Source: Mycolicibacterium smegmatis
Lineage (GTDB): Bacteria; Actinomycetota; Actinomycetes; Mycobacteriales; Mycobacteriaceae
NCBI RefSeq assembly: GCF_001457595.1
Contig: NZ_LN831039.1
Span: 4,440,001 to 4,472,000 of the forward strand
DNA length: 32,000 nt
Direction of reading: 5' to 3'
Shown: positions 19,467 through 27,126 of the stretch, in pieces
How the letters are laid out: each line of letters opens with the position of its first letter
Position numbering within the stretch: position 1 is the stretch's first letter
Program-made: the position numbers and the translations under genes
Notes under the pieces: generated by a model
The model's database searches: none
Seen by the model: the letters and a program-made list of their open reading frames with translations, nothing else
What the model was told of the DNA's origin: nothing

Positions 19467-20557
19467 TGTGCCGGTGCGGCCGTCGCGGCCCGCGCATGAC
19501 CGTTGGTCTGCGCGTTCGCCGCATCGGCCTCGGTGTCGGTCCCGGCGTCGAGACCGCGTTCCTGCCGGATGGTCTGCACCGCGAACTGCGTGGCGCGCCG
19601 GTAGTTCAGCGTGTAGATGTCGGCGGGTGCCGACACCTCGAACGCCTGACCGGCCAGCGGAACCTCCTTGGGCTCAAGGCCTTCCAGGACCGGCGTGTCC
19701 TCGTTGAACACCTTGGTCTCGATCTCGAGGATCTCGTCGACGGTCCCGCCGCGGAAGTCCTTGTCGGTGGCGACGCCCCAGAAGATGATGCACTTGTCGT
19801 AGCTCACCGGCGACGGGAAGTCCACCAGGTAGCGCTTGCCGATCTCCGGGCCGAAGTCGTAGAGGATCGTCGCGATACCGGGCGCATACGAGTGGTAGTG
19901 CATCCAGGCGTCGCCGACGCCGGAGAAGTCCGACTCCTCGACCTGCGCGTAGAAGTAGGACGCCCACACCTCACGGCCCTCGCGCTTGACCTCGAGATCG
20001 GGGACGACGGGGTTGACGTCGCCCATCGACGGCTCGTGCACGAACGGGAAGTGCGCCATGTCGCGGAAGTTCTCGGTGGCCGCCATGAACCCGCAGTCGG
20101 CGTGGATCGGATCCGCCGGACGCCATTCCAGCTCCAGATCCGCGATCTCCGGCGGATTGGGCAGGTCGAACACCGGGTCGCCCAGGCAGGTCCACACGTG
20201 CTCGAACCGCTCGATGACGGGATAGGACTTGATGGCGGCCTTCGGCGGGATCCGTCCGCCTTCCTTGAGCGACGGGATGGCCGAGCACTGGCCGGTCTGC
20301 CCGTCGAACTGCCAGCCGTGGTACGGGCAGGCGATGGAGTCGCCGACCACCTTGCCGTCGGCGAGGTTGGCGCCGCGGTGGATACAGCGCCGGTCGGTGA
20401 CGCGGGCCGCGCCGGTGGAGTCGCGGAACACCACCAGGTTGTGGTCGAGCAGCGTCGCCGACTGCGGAGTGTCGATGTCACACGAGCGTGCGACGACGAA
20501 CCACACGTGCTGGTAGGCCTCGCGCAGTTTCTCGGGGGTCAATACGTCCTGCTTCAT
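19463..20557 (-). CDS. Rieske-type aromatic/alkylamine oxygenase alpha subunit
   Basis: 364 aa; Rieske motif CIHRGANLADGKVVGDSIACPYHGWQF and mononuclear iron motif ENFRDMAHFPFVH. Confidence 0.95.
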   Translation of the reverse strand: MKQDVLTPEKLREAYQHVWFVVARSCDIDTPQSATLLDHNLVVFRDSTGAARVTDRRCIHRGANLADGKVVGDSIACPYHGWQFDGQTGQCSAIPSLKEGGRIPPKAAIKSYPVIERFEHVWTCLGDPVFDLPNPPEIADLELEWRPADPIHADCGFMAATENFRDMAHFPFVHEPSMGDVNPVVPDLEVKREGREVWASYFYAQVEESDFSGVGDAWMHYHSYAPGIATILYDFGPEIGKRYLVDFPSPVSYDKCIIFWGVATDKDFRGGTVDEILEIETKVFNEDTPVLEGLEPKEVPLAGQAFEVSAPADIYTLNYRRATQFAVQTIRQERGLDAGTDTEADAANAQTNGHARAATAAPAQ

Positions 20558-20569
20558 GGTGTCTCCTAA

Positions 20570-21463
20570 CTACTCCGCGACAGGGGTCAGTTCGGGCCGG
20601 GTCAACGTGCGCGGCGTGAGCTTTTGCGCGCGAACGTGTTCGGCGATCTGGGACATGCCCGCCACCCACACGTCGTCCATCGCGCACACCTCGGCGATGA
20701 ACTCGCGCAGCGCGGCCGCGCGGCCGGGCCGTCCGCTGAGGAACGGGTGGTTGGTGAGCACCCAGGCGCCGCCGATGTCGCGCATCGCGTTCAGTTCGGC
20801 CCGCCACAGTTCGATGGCCTTGGCCGGGGTCTCGATCAGGCCGGTGCCGGAGAAGTCCGGCACGAAGCAGTACTGCTGCCAGTCGTCCAGCGCCCAGCTG
20901 ACCGGCAACTCGACCAGCGATCCGTCCCCCACCGCGAGTTCGTAGGGGTGATCGGAGTCCATCAGCGTCGAGTCATAGAGGAATCCGAACTCGGCGAGCA
21001 GTTTCGGTGTGTGCCAGTTCATCTCCCACATCGGCGCGCGGTAGCCGACCGGGTGTACGCCAGCGACCTCCTCCAGCGCCTCGATGCCGCGGGTGAGGAT
21101 CTTGCGCTCGGTGTCCTCGTCGGCGCCCACGAGCGACTCGTGCAGGTACCCGTGGTGGGCGATCTCGTGCCCGGCACGCGCGATCGAGCGGATCGGCTCG
21201 GGGTGACGGTGCGCGGTGTAGCCAGGGACGAAAAATGTTCCGGGAACGTTGAACTCGTCGAGGATCCCGAGCAGCCTCGGCACACCCACCAGCGGGCCGT
21301 AGGCCTGGTGGCTCATGGTTCCCATCCGGTCGGCGAACGCCGGGTCGGTGGTCAGCAGCGGCGATTCGGCGTCCACGTCGAAGGTGAACGCGACGGCGCA
21401 GGTCTTGCCGTCCGGCCAGGAAACCGGGGCGGCGGGCGTCAATTCCGTCGTCGAGTCGGTCAT
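20570..21463 (-). CDS. Polysaccharide-deacetylase-fold hydrolase (PuuE/cyclic-amide hydrolase-like), no signal peptide
   Basis: 297 aa; VAFTFDVDAES, FVPGYTAHRHPE, GHEIAHHGYLHE, GYRAPMWEMN. Confidence 0.88.
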   Translation of the reverse strand: MTDSTTELTPAAPVSWPDGKTCAVAFTFDVDAESPLLTTDPAFADRMGTMSHQAYGPLVGVPRLLGILDEFNVPGTFFVPGYTAHRHPEPIRSIARAGHEIAHHGYLHESLVGADEDTERKILTRGIEALEEVAGVHPVGYRAPMWEMNWHTPKLLAEFGFLYDSTLMDSDHPYELAVGDGSLVELPVSWALDDWQQYCFVPDFSGTGLIETPAKAIELWRAELNAMRDIGGAWVLTNHPFLSGRPGRAAALREFIAEVCAMDDVWVAGMSQIAEHVRAQKLTPRTLTRPELTPVAE

Positions 21464-22422
21464 CAGCGGGCCTTCCTTCCGAACACACTCAACAGTTCCC
21501 AGGTCACGTTGGCCGCGGCCACGGCGGTGATCTCGGCGTGGTCGTAGGCCGGGGACACCTCGACGACGTCGGCGCCGATCAGGTTCACCTGATCGAGACC
21601 ACGTACCACTTCGAGCAGTTCGCGGCTCGACATGCCGCCGGCCTCAGGCGTTCCCGTGCCGGGGGCATGAGCGGGATCGAGGACGTCGATGTCCACCGAC
21701 ACGTACACCGGTGCGTCGCCCACACGTTCGCGGATGCGCTCGATCACGCCGTCGGAACCGAGCTTGGTGATGTCGCGGCAGGTGATCACCGAGAAACCGA
21801 ACTTGGCGTCCTCGACCAGATCCTGCTTGTCGTAGATGGACCCGCGCACGCCGACGTGCATGTTGGTCTCCTGCAGCAGGCCCTCCTCGAAGGCCCGGCG
21901 GAACGGCGAGCCGTGCGTGAGGTCGGCCCCGTAGTAGGAATCCCAGGTGTCGAGGTGGGCGTCGAAGTGCACCAATGCCACCGGGCCGTGCACGGCGTGG
22001 GCGGCACGCAGCGACGGCAGCGCCACCGAGTGGTCACCACCGAGGACCACCGCGCGGGTGCCCTCGGACAGCAGCGCGGTCAGTTCCGCGGTCACCTGGT
22101 CGACGGCCTGGGCGATGTCGAACGGGTTGCACGCGATGTCACCGGCATCGGCGAACTGGCACACCTGGAACGGGGCGATGTCGAGTTCGGGGTTGTAGCC
22201 GCGGACCAGCCGCGACGCCTGACGAATCGCGTTGGGGCCGAACCGCGCACCGGGCCGGTAGGTGACGGCGCTGTCGAACGGCACGCCCACCACCGCCACG
22301 TCGGCGTGGGAGACATCCTCCAGCCGGGGCAGACGGGCGTAGGTCGTCCAGCCGGCGTACCGCGGCTGCACCTGCGGATCCACCGGCACCACGATCGCGT
22401 CGCGGCTCTTGTCGTTGGTCAT
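21463..22422 (-). CDS. Ureohydrolase family protein (agmatinase / guanidino- or formimino-hydrolase)
   Basis: 319 aa; metal-binding motifs GGDHSVALP, HFDAHLDTW, SVDIDVLDPAHAPGTGTPE. Confidence 0.93.
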   Translation of the reverse strand: MTNDKSRDAIVVPVDPQVQPRYAGWTTYARLPRLEDVSHADVAVVGVPFDSAVTYRPGARFGPNAIRQASRLVRGYNPELDIAPFQVCQFADAGDIACNPFDIAQAVDQVTAELTALLSEGTRAVVLGGDHSVALPSLRAAHAVHGPVALVHFDAHLDTWDSYYGADLTHGSPFRRAFEEGLLQETNMHVGVRGSIYDKQDLVEDAKFGFSVITCRDITKLGSDGVIERIRERVGDAPVYVSVDIDVLDPAHAPGTGTPEAGGMSSRELLEVVRGLDQVNLIGADVVEVSPAYDHAEITAVAAANVTWELLSVFGRKAR

Positions 22423-22433
22423 GAATGCCTTTC

Positions 22434-23087
22434 CTAGACGCGGTTACGGGACTGACCACCGTCGGCGTTGACGATCTGTCCCACAGCTGCTTTCAGTTCC
22501 GGTCGGCTCAACAGCCCGATGACGCCTGCGACCTGGTCGACGCTGCCGATCCGGTCCAGCGGCGGTGTGGCGCCCTCGAGGTCGCACACCGACCACTCCG
22601 AGTCGACGTTCCCGATCGCGACAGCGTTGACGCCGATGCCGAACGCGCCGAAGTCGCGGGTCAGGGTCTTGGTGAGCGCGACGATGCCGCCTGCCGCGGT
22701 CGCCACCGCCGACAGTTTCGCCCCGCCGACGTGCCACCGCGAGGTGGTGAGCACGATGCGCCCGCCGGTTCCGTTGTCCCGCATGTGTTCTGCGGCGGCC
22801 TGCGCGTAGAGGAAGCTTCCGGTGAGGGTGGTGTCGACGTGCTTCCAGAACTCGGCCATCGACTGCTCGGTGAACGCCGCGACGTGCGGCAGCCCGTGTG
22901 CGACCACCAGGACGTCGATGCCGCCCATGCGCTCGACGGCCCGGCGTACCGCGTCGCGCACCGCGGCGCGGTCGGCGTGGTCGGTGTCGGCCGGCGGCGC
23001 GGCGGTGACCGCGCCGCGTGCGGTGAAGTGATCGTTGACGGCCACACCGAGTTTGGTGTCGGCGCCGGTGATGAGTACGCGTGTCAT
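22434..23087 (-). CDS. Degenerate SDR-fold protein, predicted non-catalytic
   Basis: 217 aa; overall SDR layout (GRIVLTTSRWHVGGAKLSAVATAAGGIVALTK, GQIVNADGG) but the YxxxK position reads VATAA and the glycine motif reads TGADTKLG. Confidence 0.82.
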   Translation of the reverse strand: MTRVLITGADTKLGVAVNDHFTARGAVTAAPPADTDHADRAAVRDAVRRAVERMGGIDVLVVAHGLPHVAAFTEQSMAEFWKHVDTTLTGSFLYAQAAAEHMRDNGTGGRIVLTTSRWHVGGAKLSAVATAAGGIVALTKTLTRDFGAFGIGVNAVAIGNVDSEWSVCDLEGATPPLDRIGSVDQVAGVIGLLSRPELKAAVGQIVNADGGQSRNRV

Positions 23088-23088
23088 G

Positions 23089-23796
23089 TCAGATCACCGT
23101 TCCGCTGTTGACCGACAACACTTCTCCGCACAGGTTCATGTCCTCCTCCAGCAGCGCCCGGACCATCTCGGCCACCTCGGTGGGCAGCGCGATGCGTCCG
23201 GCCGGCAGTGTCTGCACGAACTCCTCGGCCCGCTCCCATGAGTCCGGGGGCAGCAGTGGGGTGTCGCAGGGCCCCGGTGCGACGGCGTTGACGATGATCC
23301 CGTCGGGGGCCACCTCGACGGCGATGCTGCGCAGCAGGCTCAGCGCGGCCGCCTTGGCGGCCGCGTAGTGCGCGTCGTTGCTGCCGCCGCCGATGGCGCG
23401 CTCGGAGGCGATGCCGACGATGCGGCCCCGGCCCTGTTCACGCATGTCGGGCAGAACCGCCCGGCACACGTGGGCCAGGCCGCCGACGTGCACGCGCAGC
23501 ATCCGCTCCCACGACGGTTGGTCGATGTCGAGGGCGGGCGTCTCCTGATAATGCCCGGCGCAGACCACCGCGGCGTCGATGCGGCCGAGCGTGTCGCGCA
23601 CGGTGGCCACCGCGTCGGTGACCTCCCGCTCGTCGGCGACGTCGGCGATCAGCCACAGGTCGTTGTCCGGTGCGGGTTCCCGCGAGATGGACGCCACGGC
23701 CCATCCCCGCTCGCGCAGCAGCGCGGCGATGGCGGCGCCGATGCCGCTGCCTGCACCCGTGATGACGACGACAGGCTTGTCGGTGAGGGTGCTCAT
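23089..23796 (-). CDS. SDR family oxidoreductase (catalytic residues intact)
   Basis: 235 aa; TGAGSGIG, VCAG, YAAAK. Confidence 0.92.
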   Translation of the reverse strand: MSTLTDKPVVVITGAGSGIGAAIAALLRERGWAVASISREPAPDNDLWLIADVADEREVTDAVATVRDTLGRIDAAVVCAGHYQETPALDIDQPSWERMLRVHVGGLAHVCRAVLPDMREQGRGRIVGIASERAIGGGSNDAHYAAAKAAALSLLRSIAVEVAPDGIIVNAVAPGPCDTPLLPPDSWERAEEFVQTLPAGRIALPTEVAEMVRALLEEDMNLCGEVLSVNSGTVI

Positions 23797-25271
23797 GCCG
23801 GTTGCACCACCGCGTCGTCATCGTCATTGGACGGGGCATCGGTGTCCGGATCGACCGCCGCGGGCCGGTCCGCCACGTTCCTGACCTTCACGATCACCGC
23901 GCCCAGCGCCAGGATCGCGCCCATGGCGACGAAGAAGCCCCAGTTCAGATACCACGCGTCGGACACCGTGCGGGGCCAGACGATGTTGACGAACTCGAAG
24001 CCGGCCCACAGCACCGCCAGCACGGCCACCGGGGTGCTGAACTTGCCCAGGTTCCACGGTCCGGGGACCCACTTGCCGCGCAGACGCGCGACCAGACCGG
24101 TCACCAGCGGGAACAGGAACGCCAGGTAGTAGCCACCCGCGGTGAACGTCACGAGCACCGAGTACACGTCGGTGGCCGAGATCAGGTAGACGAACGCGCC
24201 GATGACGGTGGTGACGATGATCGCCGTGATCGGCTGCGCCTCGGCCTTGGACAGCTTGACCAGGAACTTCGACGCGGGCAGCACCTCGTCACGGGCGAAG
24301 GACCAGATGACGCGCGATGCGGACGCCTGCAGCGCCAAAAAGCTTGCCAGGAACCCGATCACGAAAGCGAACAGGATGGGCTTGACCGCGGACTCCCCCA
24401 GCGCGCTGCTGAGCACGTAGGCCACCGGGTCGGCTTCCTCACCGGAGATGATCTTGTCGAAATCGGGCACCGCCAGCGTCACCGCGAGCGACGCGTAGGC
24501 GATCACGATCGCGATGAACGCGACCGAGAACAGCATCGCCTTCGGCACGTTGCGGCGAGGTTCCTTGACCTCTTCGGCGATGGCGCCCGCGCTCTCGAAG
24601 CCGAGGATCGACCATCCGGTGAACGCGAGGGCGGCCAGGAACGGCCCCGAGACGTAGGCCCACGACCATCCGCTGGTCAGGTCGATGCCGTGGAAGATCG
24701 CGTCGAACCCGTGGTGGCGGTGGAAGATCAGCAGGTAGGTGCCCAGGCCGATCGACGCGACGATCTCGGCGCCGATACTCGCGGCCATCAGGGCCTTGAG
24801 GAACCCGCGGCCCAGGATGTTGGCACCGGTACCCGCGAGCAGGACGAAGAGGGCCACGATGCTCTGCTGAACCGCCGTCGGGCTCTCGATGCCGACCAGT
24901 TGCGCCAGGAAGCCGGCACCCGCGTAGGCAACCGTGGCCATGATGATCACCAGCGCCCACATGTACACCCAGCCGGCGAACCACCCGGCGACGTTGCCCG
25001 CAAGGCGTTTGGTCCACTGGTAGATCGAGCCTTCGAAGGGCCAGCGCGACACCAGGTCCGCGAATGCGAGCGCGACGATGCACTGGCCGATCCCCACGAT
25101 GACGAATGTCCACCAGAAGCCGGGTCCGGCCGTCGAGAGGGACAGGCCGTAGATGCCGTACATCGCCACGATCGGCGAGATGAACGCGAATGCAAACGCA
25201 AACGCCGACCAGAGCGAGAATTCTCGCTTCAATTCCGCTGGTGCGGAACCATTTTGACGATCCGACGTCAC
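23793..25271 (-). CDS. APC family amino acid/polyamine-type permease
   Basis: 492 aa, about 12 hydrophobic segments, FSLWSAFAFAFAFISPIVAMYGIYG, WPFEGSIYQWTKRLAG, FESAGAIAEEVKEPRRNVPKA. Confidence 0.93.
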   Translation of the reverse strand: MTSDRQNGSAPAELKREFSLWSAFAFAFAFISPIVAMYGIYGLSLSTAGPGFWWTFVIVGIGQCIVALAFADLVSRWPFEGSIYQWTKRLAGNVAGWFAGWVYMWALVIIMATVAYAGAGFLAQLVGIESPTAVQQSIVALFVLLAGTGANILGRGFLKALMAASIGAEIVASIGLGTYLLIFHRHHGFDAIFHGIDLTSGWSWAYVSGPFLAALAFTGWSILGFESAGAIAEEVKEPRRNVPKAMLFSVAFIAIVIAYASLAVTLAVPDFDKIISGEEADPVAYVLSSALGESAVKPILFAFVIGFLASFLALQASASRVIWSFARDEVLPASKFLVKLSKAEAQPITAIIVTTVIGAFVYLISATDVYSVLVTFTAGGYYLAFLFPLVTGLVARLRGKWVPGPWNLGKFSTPVAVLAVLWAGFEFVNIVWPRTVSDAWYLNWGFFVAMGAILALGAVIVKVRNVADRPAAVDPDTDAPSNDDDDAVVQPA

Positions 25272-25385
25272 CTATCCCACCTTTCGCTGCCTCGATGACA
25301 CGGGGGAAGTATGGCCATCTGAGGAGGCGCTCGTCGCGGTGAACCGGCCAAACCGGGTGAGGCGTACAGTCGGGCCGTGCGCCGT

Positions 25386-25399
25386 TGTAGAGCTCTACA
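25386..25399. promoter_or_regulatory. Perfect 14-bp palindrome TGTAGAGCTCTACA, candidate operator
   Basis: Read directly; located between the divergent permease operon (start 25271) and the response regulator (start 25581). Confidence 0.5.
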
Positions 25400-25580
25400 T
25401 CGCGGCTCGCGACCGCCGATGGCGCGATCTGTGGGAAATCTGGCCCACCGTAGGTTTCGCGCGCCCCGGATCCGGTCGCACACTGGCCCAAGAGGGGTCG
25501 GCGCAGGCCGACATGCTGAACCTGAAATCTCCGAGGAACCGTTTTTTTCAACAGGTTTGGAGGAAAAGGGGTGAGATCCG

Positions 25581-26225
25581 GTGCGAGTGGTCATCGCCGA
25601 CGACGACGTCTTGCTGCGAGAAGGCCTGGCGAGCCTGCTCGACCGGGCGGGCATCGACGTCGTGGGTCAGGCCGGTGACGCCCGGCAGGTGCTGCATCTG
25701 GTCCGCGAAAAGAACCCCGACCTGGCCATCGTCGACATCCGGATGCCGCCCACCTTCACCGACGAAGGCCTGGGTGCCGCACACGCGATCCGCAGCGATT
25801 CGCCCGGCACCGGAATCCTGGTGCTCTCCGCGCACGTCGAGGTCGAGGACGCCATGGAGCTGCTGGCCGACGAACGCGGTGTGGGCTACCTGTTGAAAAC
25901 CCGGGTGACCGCTGTGGCCGACCTGATCGACGCGATGCACCGCATCGCCGACGGCGGTTCGGTGGTGGACCCCGTTGTGGTGACCGAATTGATTGCCGCC
26001 CATCGGCGCAACGACCCCCTGACCTGCCTCACCGCCCGTGAACGCGACGTGCTGAAACTGATGGCGGAAGGCCGGTCGAACACCGGGATCGCGCGACGCC
26101 TCTGGGTGGCCGAGGGCACGGTGGAAAAGCACATCCAGCGCATCCTGACCAAGCTGGGCCTCCCCGAGGCCGCAGACGACCACCGCAGAGTCCGCGCGGT
26201 CATCGCATTCCTGAACACGCGGTGA
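25581..26225 (+). CDS. NarL/LuxR family response regulator
   Basis: 214 aa; VVIADDDVLLREG, VDIRMPP, GYLLKTRV, and LTARERDVLKLMAEGRSNTGIARRLWVAEGTVEKHIQRILTKLGL. RBS GGAGGAAAAGG upstream of the GTG start. Confidence 0.93.
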   Translation: MRVVIADDDVLLREGLASLLDRAGIDVVGQAGDARQVLHLVREKNPDLAIVDIRMPPTFTDEGLGAAHAIRSDSPGTGILVLSAHVEVEDAMELLADERGVGYLLKTRVTAVADLIDAMHRIADGGSVVDPVVVTELIAAHRRNDPLTCLTARERDVLKLMAEGRSNTGIARRLWVAEGTVEKHIQRILTKLGLPEAADDHRRVRAVIAFLNTR

Positions 26226-26329
26226 CACCCCCGCGCCGGTCCGCCAGGAGCCCATATCGATTAGGTGACAAGGGCGCAACACCCATGGCGCTGCTCATCT
26301 GAGCACTTACTCTCGGATGAGGAGAGCAA

Positions 26330-26974
26330 ATGGTCACAGATCAGAGTGCCGCAATGTCGTTCACCGCCGGGACAACCGGCCTGGTGGTGATAGACCCGTA
26401 CAACGACTTCATCTCAGAGGGTGGCAAGGTGTGGGACCGGTTGCGCGGGGTCGCCGAGGCGATCGGCTGTGTGCCGCACATGATCGAGATGACCGAGGCC
26501 GCACGCGCGTCGGGCATTCCGGTGTTCTATGCGCTGCACCGGCGTTACCGCCCCGGCGACTATGAGTCGTGGCGGTATGTCGCGCCGATCCAGCGGGCCG
26601 CCTGGTCACGCCGGACCTTCGAGTACGGCTCGTGGGGCGGTGAGATCCACCCCGACCTGGCGCCGCGCCCCGGTGACATTGTGGCCCAGGAACATTGGTG
26701 CTCCAGCGGGTTCGCCAACACCGACCTGGACATGCTGCTCAAACGCCACGGCATCCACCAGATCATCGTCGTCGGCCTCATCGCCCACACGTGCGTCGAG
26801 GCCACCGTGCGCTACGGCGCCGAACTGGGTTACCAGGTGACGCTCGTGCGCGACGCCACGGCCGATTATTCGGTCGAGGAGATGCGCGCCGCCCTCGAGG
26901 TGACCCTGCCCAACTACGCCAGTGCGATCGCGTCGACCGACGAGGTGATCCACGCCATCGCGGGAATGCGCTGA
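26330..26974 (+). CDS. Isochorismatase-like cysteine hydrolase
   Basis: 214 aa; LVVIDPYNDF, HWCSSGFANTDLDMLLKRHGI, GLIAHTCVEATVRYGAELGY. Confidence 0.88.
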   Translation: MVTDQSAAMSFTAGTTGLVVIDPYNDFISEGGKVWDRLRGVAEAIGCVPHMIEMTEAARASGIPVFYALHRRYRPGDYESWRYVAPIQRAAWSRRTFEYGSWGGEIHPDLAPRPGDIVAQEHWCSSGFANTDLDMLLKRHGIHQIIVVGLIAHTCVEATVRYGAELGYQVTLVRDATADYSVEEMRAALEVTLPNYASAIASTDEVIHAIAGMR

Positions 26975-27009
26975 GACACCCACCCGGCACCAACACCGGC
27001 AATGATCCT

Positions 27010-27069
27010 GCCGAGATTGCACTGAGGGACAAGAAACCGGCGTTTCTTGTCCCTGGCTTCAATCTCGGC
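27010..27069. promoter_or_regulatory. Large two-tier stem-loop (10-bp outer, 13-bp inner stem, CGGC tetraloop)
   Basis: GCCGAGATTG cactg AGGGACAAGAAAC CGGC GTTTCTTGTCCCT ggctt CAATCTCGGC, read directly from the sequence. Confidence 0.8.
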
Positions 27070-27126
27070 GATCTCCGCTGAGGTAGCTTCACGCGAGATG
27101 CGTCGGCAAACTCAGGAGTCGGTCTG

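Noticed and set aside
21538-22437. 299-aa plus-strand ORF opposite the ureohydrolase
   Set aside because: Antisense shadow ORF; the minus strand has all ureohydrolase metal motifs.
23802-25298. 498-aa plus-strand ORF opposite the APC permease
   Set aside because: Mirrors a well-supported membrane protein gene; translation is Arg/Asp/His-rich with no family features.
27010-27069. Interpretation of the two-tier hairpin as a cobalamin or guanidine riboswitch
   Set aside because: Attractive given the neighbouring BacA-like and ureohydrolase genes, but I could not find a B12-box-like sequence or the ACGR loops of mini-ykkC; kept as an unassigned structure.
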